This document shows, in pieces, positions 35,122-45,888 of a DNA stretch of 64,000 nucleotides. The notes under the pieces were generated by a model. That model searched no databases and was not told where the DNA came from. It saw only the letters and a program-made list of their open reading frames with translations. The translations under genes and the position numbers were made by a program. Source of the stretch: Gammaproteobacteria bacterium (GTDB taxonomy: Bacteria; Pseudomonadota; Gammaproteobacteria; Natronospirales; DASSBR01); NCBI GenBank assembly GCA_035708085.1, contig DASSTE010000055.1, forward strand, positions 1,975 to 65,974, written 5' to 3'. Numbering within the stretch: the first letter of the stretch is position 1; each line of letters begins with the position of its first letter.

Positions 35122-38100
35122 ATGAACCTGTCGGCGCCTTTTATCAAGCGGCCGGTCATGACGACCGTGCTGATGGCGGCGATGGTGCTGTTCGGCTTTT
35201 TCGCCTACTCCAGCCTGCCCGTCAGTGAACTGCCGAAGGTCGATTTCCCGACCATCGTCGTCTCTGCAAGCCTGCCCGGCGCGAACCCGCAAACCATGTC
35301 GAGCACGGTTGCGACGCCGCTGGAGCGCTCATTCAGCGGCATCGCCGGCGTCACGTCAATTACGTCCGTCAGCGCGACCGGCCGTACGCGCATCAACCTG
35401 CAGTTCGACCTCGATCGTAATATCGATGCCGCGGCGCAGGACGTGCAGGCGGCGATCCAGGATGCCTCGCGCGACCTTCCCGAGTCGATGCCGTCGCTGC
35501 CAACCCTGCGCAAAGTCAACCCGAACGACCACTCGATCATTTATATCGCCTTCAGCGCCAAACATCTCGCGTTGACCAAACTCGACGAGTACGCCGAGAC
35601 ACGCGTTTCCCAGCGACTGTCCACGCTGCCCGGTGTCGCTGAAGTCAATGTCTGGGGGTCGAAGAAATACGCCGTTCGCATTTACATCAACCCTTACGCG
35701 CTGAACGCGCGCGGACTGTCCCTCGCGCAGGTGCGCCAGGCGATTTCGACCGGCAACAGCAATCAGCCGGCCGGCACGATCAGTGGCGGCCTGCGCGCGT
35801 ACAACGTCCGCGCCGAGGGCCAGCTGACGAGCGCGCAGCAATATAACAACCTAGTGCTCGCCTACAACAACGGCGCGCCGATCCGGCTCGACGATGTCGG
35901 CCACGCCGTCGATAGTGTCGAGGAAAACAAACAGGCGACGACCTACAACGGCGGCACGTCGATCGTGCTGTCGGTGCAGCGCCAGCCGGGCGCCAATACG
36001 GTGCAGGTCGCGAAGGAAGTGCGCGCCATCCTGCCGCAGCTTGAAAAGCAGGCACCGGGAGGTGCGACGCTCAACGTCATTTACGATCGCTCGGAATTCA
36101 TCAACGCGTCGATCCACGACGTGAGCTATACGCTGGTGCTGGCGATCGCGCTGGTCATCATGGTGATATTCCTGTTCCTGCGTAACGGACGCGCGACGAT
36201 CGTCAGCGCCCTCGCCTTGCCGACCTCGCTGATCGGCACGTTCGCGATCATGTACCTGCTCGACTTCGGCCTCAACAACTTGACGCTGATGGCGCTCACG
36301 CTCGCGGTCGGCTTTGTTGTCGATGACGCGATCGTTGTGCAGGAAAACATCGTCCGCTATATGGAAATGGGCCATCCGCCGCTCAAGGCGGCGATGCTCG
36401 GCAGCAAGGAAATCAGCTTTACCGTCTTGTCGATGACGCTGTCGCTGGTCGCCGTATTCATCCCGATCCTGTTCATGGGCGGCGTCGTCGGCCGCCTGTT
36501 CAGCGAGTTCGCGATTACGATCGCGATTGCGATTCTGCTGTCGGGCGTCGTCTCGCTGACGCTGACGCCGATGCTGTCGGGGCGCGTGCTGCGCCCGATC
36601 CGTAAACACGGCCGCTTCTACCAGGCCAGCGAGCGTCTGTTCGACCGACTGCGCGACGCCTACGTTCGCACGCTGAGCTACTCGGTCCACCACTGGCGCG
36701 CCACGCTGTGCGTCGCGGCGGTGCTGTTTGGCGCGACCGTCTTCCTGTTCATGATGGTGCCGAAGGGCTTTATCCCCACCGAAGACTCCGGCGTCATCTA
36801 CGGCTTCGTGCGCGGGCCTGAAGGCATGACTTTTTCTGAAATGCAGGTACACCAGCGTCAGCTGACCTCGCTGATCCAGAAGACGCCGGGTGTCGCCGGC
36901 GTGATGTCGAGTGTCGGCCAGGGTCGCGGTGGCGACACCGGCGAGAGCTCCGGTTTCATGATGATCGGCCTCGCGCCGCACAGCCAGCGACCGGATGCCG
37001 AAACCATCATTCGCGACCTGCGTCGCGAGGCCATGAAAGTGGGCAGTATCGAAGCGTTCTTCAGCATCCCGACGGCCATCAACGTGGGTACCGGCCACGG
37101 CAACAGCCCCTATGATTTTGTGCTGCAAGGGTCGGATCTCGGCCAATTGCAACAGGTCGCGGCGCAGTTGCAGAAGCGCGCGGCGCAAATTCCAGGCATC
37201 ACCGACATCGACACGGACTTGCAGCTGCGGCAGCCGCAGATCGACGTCCACATCGAGCGCAGCAAAGCCGCGGCGCTGGGCGTCAACCCGGCCGATATCC
37301 AGAACACGTTGTACAGCGCGTTCGGCGGCCAGCGCGTCAGTCAGATTTATGGCGAGACCGACGAATACGAGGTTCTGATGGAACTCGCGCCGCAGTTCCA
37401 GCGCAGCATCAACGCGCTTGACGCACTGTACGTGCCGGGGCGGGATGGCACGCTGGTGCCACTGTCGAGCGTCGCACAAATTACGCCTGGCGTCGGCCCG
37501 CTCGAGATCAGCCATTACGACGAACTGCCGTCGGTGACGCTGTCGTTCAACACCAAGCCCGGCGTCTCGTTAGGCGAGGTGACGAAGCCGCTCATGGACA
37601 TCGCCTCCGACATTCTGCCCAGCGGCGTGACCGGTACCTTCGCCGGCAACGCTCAGGTCTTCCAGGAATCGATGCACACTCTGCCGATCCTGCTGCTGAT
37701 CACGGTGCTGGTGATCTACATGGTGCTCGCGATTCTGTACGAACACTTCATCCACCCGGTGACGATCCTGACAGCACTGCCGCTGGCAATCTTCGGCGCG
37801 CTGATCGCACTGCTGATCACCAACCAGGTACTCAACCTGTTCAGCTTCGTCGGGCTGATTCTGCTTGTCGGCCTGGTAAAAAAGAACGGCATCATCATGA
37901 TCGACTTCGCGCTGCACGCACGGCGCGACCAGGGTCTCGACGCCGAAGACGCGATCGTCGAAGCCTGCCGCATCCGCTTCCGCCCGATCCTGATGACATC
38001 GGTCGCGGCCATCCTCGGCACACTGCCGATTGCGATCGGCTTCGGCGTGGGCGCCGAAGCACGCCGCCCATTGGGTATCGCCGCCGTCGGCGGCCTGATC

Positions 38101-38253
38101 TTCGCCCAGTTCCTGACGCTTTACATCACCCCGGCGTTCTACGTGGCGATGGAAAAGCTGAGCCAGAAATGGCGCGGGGAAAAGCGGGAAGAAACAGAAG
38201 ATACGAGCGCGGCAACGGCGCGACGCCAAATCGAATCGGGCAGGACTGCTTAA
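35122..38253 (+). CDS. RND-family multidrug efflux pump, inner-membrane subunit (AcrB/MdtB/C-like)
   Basis: Starts MNLSAPFIKRPVMTTVLMAAMVLFG. About 1040 aa with a 12-TM-type layout and two large periplasmic loops. The ORF-track start at 34975 overlaps the adaptor gene. Confidence 0.93.
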   Translation: MNLSAPFIKRPVMTTVLMAAMVLFGFFAYSSLPVSELPKVDFPTIVVSASLPGANPQTMSSTVATPLERSFSGIAGVTSITSVSATGRTRINLQFDLDRNIDAAAQDVQAAIQDASRDLPESMPSLPTLRKVNPNDHSIIYIAFSAKHLALTKLDEYAETRVSQRLSTLPGVAEVNVWGSKKYAVRIYINPYALNARGLSLAQVRQAISTGNSNQPAGTISGGLRAYNVRAEGQLTSAQQYNNLVLAYNNGAPIRLDDVGHAVDSVEENKQATTYNGGTSIVLSVQRQPGANTVQVAKEVRAILPQLEKQAPGGATLNVIYDRSEFINASIHDVSYTLVLAIALVIMVIFLFLRNGRATIVSALALPTSLIGTFAIMYLLDFGLNNLTLMALTLAVGFVVDDAIVVQENIVRYMEMGHPPLKAAMLGSKEISFTVLSMTLSLVAVFIPILFMGGVVGRLFSEFAITIAIAILLSGVVSLTLTPMLSGRVLRPIRKHGRFYQASERLFDRLRDAYVRTLSYSVHHWRATLCVAAVLFGATVFLFMMVPKGFIPTEDSGVIYGFVRGPEGMTFSEMQVHQRQLTSLIQKTPGVAGVMSSVGQGRGGDTGESSGFMMIGLAPHSQRPDAETIIRDLRREAMKVGSIEAFFSIPTAINVGTGHGNSPYDFVLQGSDLGQLQQVAAQLQKRAAQIPGITDIDTDLQLRQPQIDVHIERSKAAALGVNPADIQNTLYSAFGGQRVSQIYGETDEYEVLMELAPQFQRSINALDALYVPGRDGTLVPLSSVAQITPGVGPLEISHYDELPSVTLSFNTKPGVSLGEVTKPLMDIASDILPSGVTGTFAGNAQVFQESMHTLPILLLITVLVIYMVLAILYEHFIHPVTILTALPLAIFGALIALLITNQVLNLFSFVGLILLVGLVKKNGIIMIDFALHARRDQGLDAEDAIVEACRIRFRPILMTSVAAILGTLPIAIGFGVGAEARRPLGIAAVGGLIFAQFLTLYITPAFYVAMEKLSQKWRGEKREETEDTSAATARRQIESGRTA

Positions 38254-38273
38254 GCCGAACTTACAACAGGCTT

Positions 38274-38333
38274 TCGAGGCGGTGGGGTAACTTCTTCCGA
38301 AAGTCTCTGAGGACAGGATGTCTGAGGGAAGCC
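38274..38333 (+). repeat. truncated (left-half) copy of the nested palindromic repeat family
   Basis: TCGAGGCGGTGGGGTAACTTCTTCCGAAAGTCTCTGAGGACAGGATGTCTGAGGGAAGCC parallels 54270-54330. Similarity stops exactly at the stop codon of the convergent EAL gene. Confidence 0.6.
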
Positions 38334-40099
38334 TACATGCTCTGCGAACTAATCCAACGCCTTAAATCAGCCTCCGGCATCGGTTTGGCATACAGGTATC
38401 CCTGCCCTACTGCCACGTCGAGCGACGTCAGGAAACGCGCCTCGTCGTCGGTCTCGATACCTTCGGCGACCGTGTCCAATCCGAAGTTCCGCGCCAGCAG
38501 GATGATCGTGCGAATGATCGCCGCGTTCGTCTCATTTGAGTTCACGTCTTTGACGAACGCCTTGTCGATCTTGAGTGATGTGACCGGCAACTGGTGCAGA
38601 TAGCTTAATGACGAATAGCCGGTGCCGAAATCGTCCACGGCGATGTCGATACCGCGCTGCCGTAGCCGGTTCAGCTTGTCGAGCGACTTGCCGCTGATCT
38701 CGAACATGGCCGTCTCCGTCAGTTCAAGTTCCAGTGCAGCCGGAGGAATGCCGAACTGGTCGAGGGCCGCCTCAACCGCGTCGGCGAAATCGTCGGCGCA
38801 AACATCCTCGGCGGAAACGTTTACCGCGACACGTTCCACCCCGATGCCCTGCTCGCGCCAGCGATGCACGGCCGCGCAGGCTTCCGTCAGAACCCAGCGA
38901 TCGATGTCGCAAATCAGGCCGGTCGCTTCGGCAACCTCCATGAAATCCATCGGCGGTACCAGTTGGCCACCCGGCAACCGCCAGCGCACCAGTGCTTCCA
39001 CGGCGATCACCTTGCGGTCGGCGAGTCGCAACTGCGGCTGGTACCACAGCTCGAACTGGTCATGCTCCAGCGCTTCGTGCAGGCGCGACTCGGTCCGAAT
39101 GAACCGAAGCGCCTTGTCCTGGTCGCGCTTCGAGTAGAACGTGGGCCCCGCATCGACGGCACCCGCCAGCGCGCTGATTGCGCAATCGAGTACGGCGGAA
39201 GCGTCCGAGGCATCCTGCGGATACCCGCCGATACCGATGCGCGGCGATACGCGGACGCTTTCGCCGTCCACCTTGATCGGTTCCTCGGCGAGGCGCCGGA
39301 TCCGCCCGCAGACCTCGATAACGCCGTCCATCGGCAGTCCCACCGGATGAATCAGGCCCCATTTTTCCGAACCGAGTTGCGCGAGCGGCACGTCCGGCCC
39401 CAGCAACTCGCGCATGCGTTTCGCGCAAAATGCCGCCGCGCGATCAAATCCCTGGTGGCCGAGCGACGTCAGCACGTGCGCCAGCGGCACATGCACGACC
39501 GTCACGTACAGCGACTTGTTGAGCACCGTCGCGTCGAGGACCGCGCTGGTGAGGCGGTCCATGAACAAATTCAGGTTGGGCAGACCGGACAGGCGGTCGT
39601 GATTGACGACGAAGGCCAGCCGCGACCGTTGCGTCAGCGCCAGGTGACGGGCGCGAAACAGCATTGCCACGCGCTCCATGAATTCGCCACGATCAATCGG
39701 CGTCAGGACAAACTCGTCGATGGTGTCCCAGAATACCCGCAGCCGCCGGCGCAGGTCGCGCCGCGACGCGATCAGAACCACCGGCAGGAACGTCGGCTCC
39801 TCGCGCAGCTTGGCGTCGATCAACTGGCGATGCCAGCGCCGGAAGCCCGCCGCATCGACGATGGCCAGGTCGAACGGTTCGCTCGGAAAATGGCCGTCGT
39901 GCGGCAACAACACCTGGTGCAGTTCGCGCAGGTGCCCGGCCAGTTGATCGCGATTACCGCCCGGTTCTACGAGAAGGAGAATGCGGCCTCCGGCCGGCTC
40001 CGGGGTGTGTTCATCAGTCTCGTCAGCCCGACCTTCGGCTTCATAGGCGGAACCGCGCCAGGCGACCTGGGCAATTTGTTTCAGCTTTTCTGCGTACAT
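38333..40099 (-). CDS. c-di-GMP phosphodiesterase: receiver-like N-domain, degenerate GGDEF, intact EAL
   Basis: EAL-domain motifs EALVRW, DDFGTGYSSLSYL, LKIDKAFV and AEGIETDDE. The position where GG(D/E)EF is expected reads LGSEKW. The N-terminal CheY-like fold (ILLLVEPGG, LAIVDAAG) lacks the acidic pair and the conserved Lys. Confidence 0.88.
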   Translation of the reverse strand: MYAEKLKQIAQVAWRGSAYEAEGRADETDEHTPEPAGGRILLLVEPGGNRDQLAGHLRELHQVLLPHDGHFPSEPFDLAIVDAAGFRRWHRQLIDAKLREEPTFLPVVLIASRRDLRRRLRVFWDTIDEFVLTPIDRGEFMERVAMLFRARHLALTQRSRLAFVVNHDRLSGLPNLNLFMDRLTSAVLDATVLNKSLYVTVVHVPLAHVLTSLGHQGFDRAAAFCAKRMRELLGPDVPLAQLGSEKWGLIHPVGLPMDGVIEVCGRIRRLAEEPIKVDGESVRVSPRIGIGGYPQDASDASAVLDCAISALAGAVDAGPTFYSKRDQDKALRFIRTESRLHEALEHDQFELWYQPQLRLADRKVIAVEALVRWRLPGGQLVPPMDFMEVAEATGLICDIDRWVLTEACAAVHRWREQGIGVERVAVNVSAEDVCADDFADAVEAALDQFGIPPAALELELTETAMFEISGKSLDKLNRLRQRGIDIAVDDFGTGYSSLSYLHQLPVTSLKIDKAFVKDVNSNETNAAIIRTIILLARNFGLDTVAEGIETDDEARFLTSLDVAVGQGYLYAKPMPEADLRRWISSQSM

Positions 40100-40488
40100 C
40101 GCCGTTCCTCCCCGGCATCGGTCGCGGCTCGCTGCATCAGGTCATACATCAACTGCTGCAGCAAGCCTTTGCCCACCGGCTTCTCGAGATAATGGGCTGC
40201 GCCGAAAAAACCTTCGGTTACGCCGGCAGCCGCTCCGCGCGCCGCCGCCAGCACGATAAACGGCAGTTCGCGGCTACGCAGGATGTCGCACAGCGAACCG
40301 GCCCGCGACCCAAAATCCGAGGCATCCACGACGGCTACGCCGGGACCGCGGTCAAGCGCGCATTCGAGTGCAGTTTCATCGCCCACGGCCACGCACGCGG
40401 CGCCCAATGGCGCCAATACTCCCTCTGTCGCGCGCACGTTGCCGGGACGTTTCATGACCAGAATGATTCTGGCCAGTCGCGCAGTCAT
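40081..40488 (-). CDS. stand-alone receiver-like (pseudo-receiver) protein
   Basis: 135 aa from ATG 40488. CheY-like pattern (IILVMK, VAVVDASDFG, FIVLAAA, YLEKP) but no N-terminal acidic pair. The junction with the KaiC-like gene reads TAATG, a stop/start overlap. The 3' end overlaps the EAL gene by 19 nt. Confidence 0.65.
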   Translation of the reverse strand: MTARLARIILVMKRPGNVRATEGVLAPLGAACVAVGDETALECALDRGPGVAVVDASDFGSRAGSLCDILRSRELPFIVLAAARGAAAGVTEGFFGAAHYLEKPVGKGLLQQLMYDLMQRAATDAGEERRCTQKS

Positions 40489-41951
40489 TACGCAGTATCT
40501 CCGGCGCCTTCCTCCACCGTCGGCGTGCCGATGAGCACTCCGCGCAGGCCACTCACCGGCTCCCCTATGACCAGTGCCTGCGGTCCGATCCTGAAGGTGT
40601 ACAAACAACTGTCGAAGCTGCTGAGGCGCTTTTTGAGGACGCCCATCACCTTCTGCAGTTCTCCGTCGATCTCCATGTAGCGAAGGAAAACGACGTTATC
40701 GGAGAGGTAGCTGATGCCGCGCTCGGAGACGCGGAAATGCCCCATCATCATTTCCGTCTCGTTGATCAGCACCACCGAAACGCCGACACGCGCCAGGCTC
40801 TTGGCGAAGGCATGCAAGCGTTCCTTGATTTCCTCATCGCCGTCGAGGGCCAGTTCGAGGCCGGCGACGCTGTCGAGAATTACCAGTTCAACCTGATCGT
40901 CCTCGACATGCCGTCGCACGCGATTCGCGAATTCGTCGGCGAGGTAGCGCATCGGCTCGACCTGCTCGATCAGCACACGCCCCTCCTCGTACGCCCCGGC
41001 CAGGTCGATTTGCAGCGACTTCGATCGCCGCATGAAGGTCGCCACCTCCTCCTCGAACAAAAAAATTGCCGCACGCCGCCCCTGCCGCGCCGCTTCCGCG
41101 GCGAACAACGACGCCATGGTCGATTTACCGGCGCCGGACGGCCCGGTGATCAGCGAGACGGTGCCGGCTTCAATGCCGCCGCCCAGGATAGCGTCCAGCC
41201 GCTCAACACCGCTGCGCCAGCGCCAGCGCTCCTCTTCCGTCAGCTTTGATTTCGGCAGTAGCTGCGTTACAAAAACGTTGAGGCCATCGCTCCCGACCCG
41301 CATCTGATGGCTACCGCGGCGAAACGCACTGCCTCGGAACTTGGTCACGCGTACCGAGGCGCTCTTCGTACCGGCTTCAAAGCTGATGACGCCATCCGCC
41401 ATGAACTGCAGATCGTCGTCGGGAAATTCCGTGGTACTTTCGGAGGAAAAAAGGACGGTTGCGCCCTGCCCCGTCAGGTAACGCAACAGGGACAGCACCT
41501 GCTTGCGGTATTGGAAGATGTCGGCGGACAGAAAGCGCAACTGGCTCAGGGAATCGATAAAGACGCGCTTCGGCGAATACTGCTCGACTGCCTCGATGAC
41601 GGCGCGAGCCAGCGGCTCCTGCTCGACATCGGCGGCGGCAAAAACATCGTAGCCCTGCTGATCGGTAAAGAAATGCTCGTCCGGTGCGAGACTGAGAAAA
41701 GTAATCGCCCCGACATCGATGCCCACCGTCTGAGCATTATTACGAAGCTGGGCCTCGGATTCCTGAAAGCCGATAAACAGCGCCGGCGACGTATCATCCG
41801 GCACCGACAGGAAATGCAGCCCGAGCGTCGTTTTGCCCCTGCCGGGGCCACCGCGAACGAGATAGGCGCGCCGGGCAATCAGCCCGCCCTCGAGAATTTC
41901 ATCGAGCCCCGCAACTCCCACGGAAACCCGTTCCAAACCTTGAGTCCCCAT
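40488..41951 (-). CDS. KaiC-like double-domain RecA-superfamily ATPase
   Basis: 487 aa from ATG 41951. Two tandem KaiC/RecA-type domains, each with Walker A (GGPGRGKTTLG; GPSGAGKSTMA) and Walker B-like strands (VFIDSLSQL; LVILDSVAGL). It also has KFRGS- and LKKR-type segments. Confidence 0.85.
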   Translation of the reverse strand: MGTQGLERVSVGVAGLDEILEGGLIARRAYLVRGGPGRGKTTLGLHFLSVPDDTSPALFIGFQESEAQLRNNAQTVGIDVGAITFLSLAPDEHFFTDQQGYDVFAAADVEQEPLARAVIEAVEQYSPKRVFIDSLSQLRFLSADIFQYRKQVLSLLRYLTGQGATVLFSSESTTEFPDDDLQFMADGVISFEAGTKSASVRVTKFRGSAFRRGSHQMRVGSDGLNVFVTQLLPKSKLTEEERWRWRSGVERLDAILGGGIEAGTVSLITGPSGAGKSTMASLFAAEAARQGRRAAIFLFEEEVATFMRRSKSLQIDLAGAYEEGRVLIEQVEPMRYLADEFANRVRRHVEDDQVELVILDSVAGLELALDGDEEIKERLHAFAKSLARVGVSVVLINETEMMMGHFRVSERGISYLSDNVVFLRYMEIDGELQKVMGVLKKRLSSFDSCLYTFRIGPQALVIGEPVSGLRGVLIGTPTVEEGAGDTA

Positions 41952-42010
41952 GCACTCTCCCAAAAGGTTGTTGGCGCATTTTAGCACCGCGCCGGCGCAC
42001 CCACGACAAG

Positions 42011-42730
42011 CTACGCCACCTCCACCCAACCAGGTACGTCCTTCCAGGCGCCGCTCATCCGTTTTTCAAGCTCTCGATACTCCGGCATGCACGTTTCCAC
42101 CGCCCGCCAGAACCGCGCCGAGTGATTCATATGCCGCGTATGCGCAAGCTCGTGAATAAACAGGTAGTCCACCAACTCCGGCGCAAGAAACAGCAGCTTG
42201 TAATTGATGCTGATCTGCTTTTTCGACGAACAACTGCCCCAGCGGGTCCGCTGGCCGCGCACGCTAACTTTGTCGTACCGGAACCCATGCCGCCGGGCCA
42301 GGTACCCCAGGCGCGGCAACAGCGCCTCGCGTGTCTTTGCCGCAAGCCAGCGGCGCAACTGCCGCCGCGCCGCCACCGGATCGCGGCGGCCGGCGGTGAC
42401 ATACAGTGCGTGCCCTTGCTCCGCCACCAAGGCGTGGCCGCCGGCAACGCCGTAAAATATCCGGTAATGGGACCCGATCGACGCCAGCGCGAGCGTATCC
42501 GGCAGGCTGTCCGCCGGCAGCGGCCGCGGCAGGTCCCGCGATACGCTCTCAATCCACTCCCGCTGCGCCGACACGAACCGCTCGATCTGGCGCAGGGCAC
42601 ACCGCCGCGGCGCGACGATTTCGACCCCGATCCACGGCCGCACGCGGATCTGCAGGCGCTTCGCCCGCGCGCTGTAACGCAGGGCGTAGCCCATAACTGA
42701 ATGGCTCGAATGGAGGGGTCGATTGCTCAT
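42011..42730 (-). CDS. YgjP-like / DUF45 (M48-related) zinc metallohydrolase
   Basis: C-terminal HELAH (HExxH) motif within LVDYLFIHELAHTRHMNHSARFW. The start is set at ATG 42730. The 270-aa upstream extension in the ORF track overlaps the divergent kinase gene and looks non-coding. Confidence 0.75.
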   Translation of the reverse strand: MSNRPLHSSHSVMGYALRYSARAKRLQIRVRPWIGVEIVAPRRCALRQIERFVSAQREWIESVSRDLPRPLPADSLPDTLALASIGSHYRIFYGVAGGHALVAEQGHALYVTAGRRDPVAARRQLRRWLAAKTREALLPRLGYLARRHGFRYDKVSVRGQRTRWGSCSSKKQISINYKLLFLAPELVDYLFIHELAHTRHMNHSARFWRAVETCMPEYRELEKRMSGAWKDVPGWVEVA

Positions 42731-42844
42731 TTGAGGTAGTAGCATAACCGGGATTGAGGCCGGTTTGGTGGTTTGCCCTACCCCCCGAATCTCCCTATAC
42801 TCCATCGACGCACGGACGCCCCCGGCAAGCACGACGAAGGCGCA

Positions 42845-45727
<2,883 letters not shown>

Positions 45728-45888
45728 GCATCCCTACAGATCGGGCGAGCACTAGGGCTTTAGACGTTCTGGAAAATGGATATCAAGCACAGGCTACTTA
45801 AAATCCCGCCATTCAATGACATAGCAGCCAGAACGAAGTTTGCCGTAATCACATAACGCTCCTATACTGAAAACTCCCCGACGCAGCC

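Noticed and set aside
35851-37515. 554-aa minus-strand ORF inside the RND pump gene. The same class includes 50051-50947 (+), 51428-52339 (-), 52395-53957 (+), 56524-58101 (+), 59806-61512 (+) and 61693-62586 (+).
   Set aside because: They are antisense or alternative-frame shadows of eno, kdsA, pyrG, rpsA, aroA/hisC and serC. All have low-complexity R/D/H/A-rich translations.
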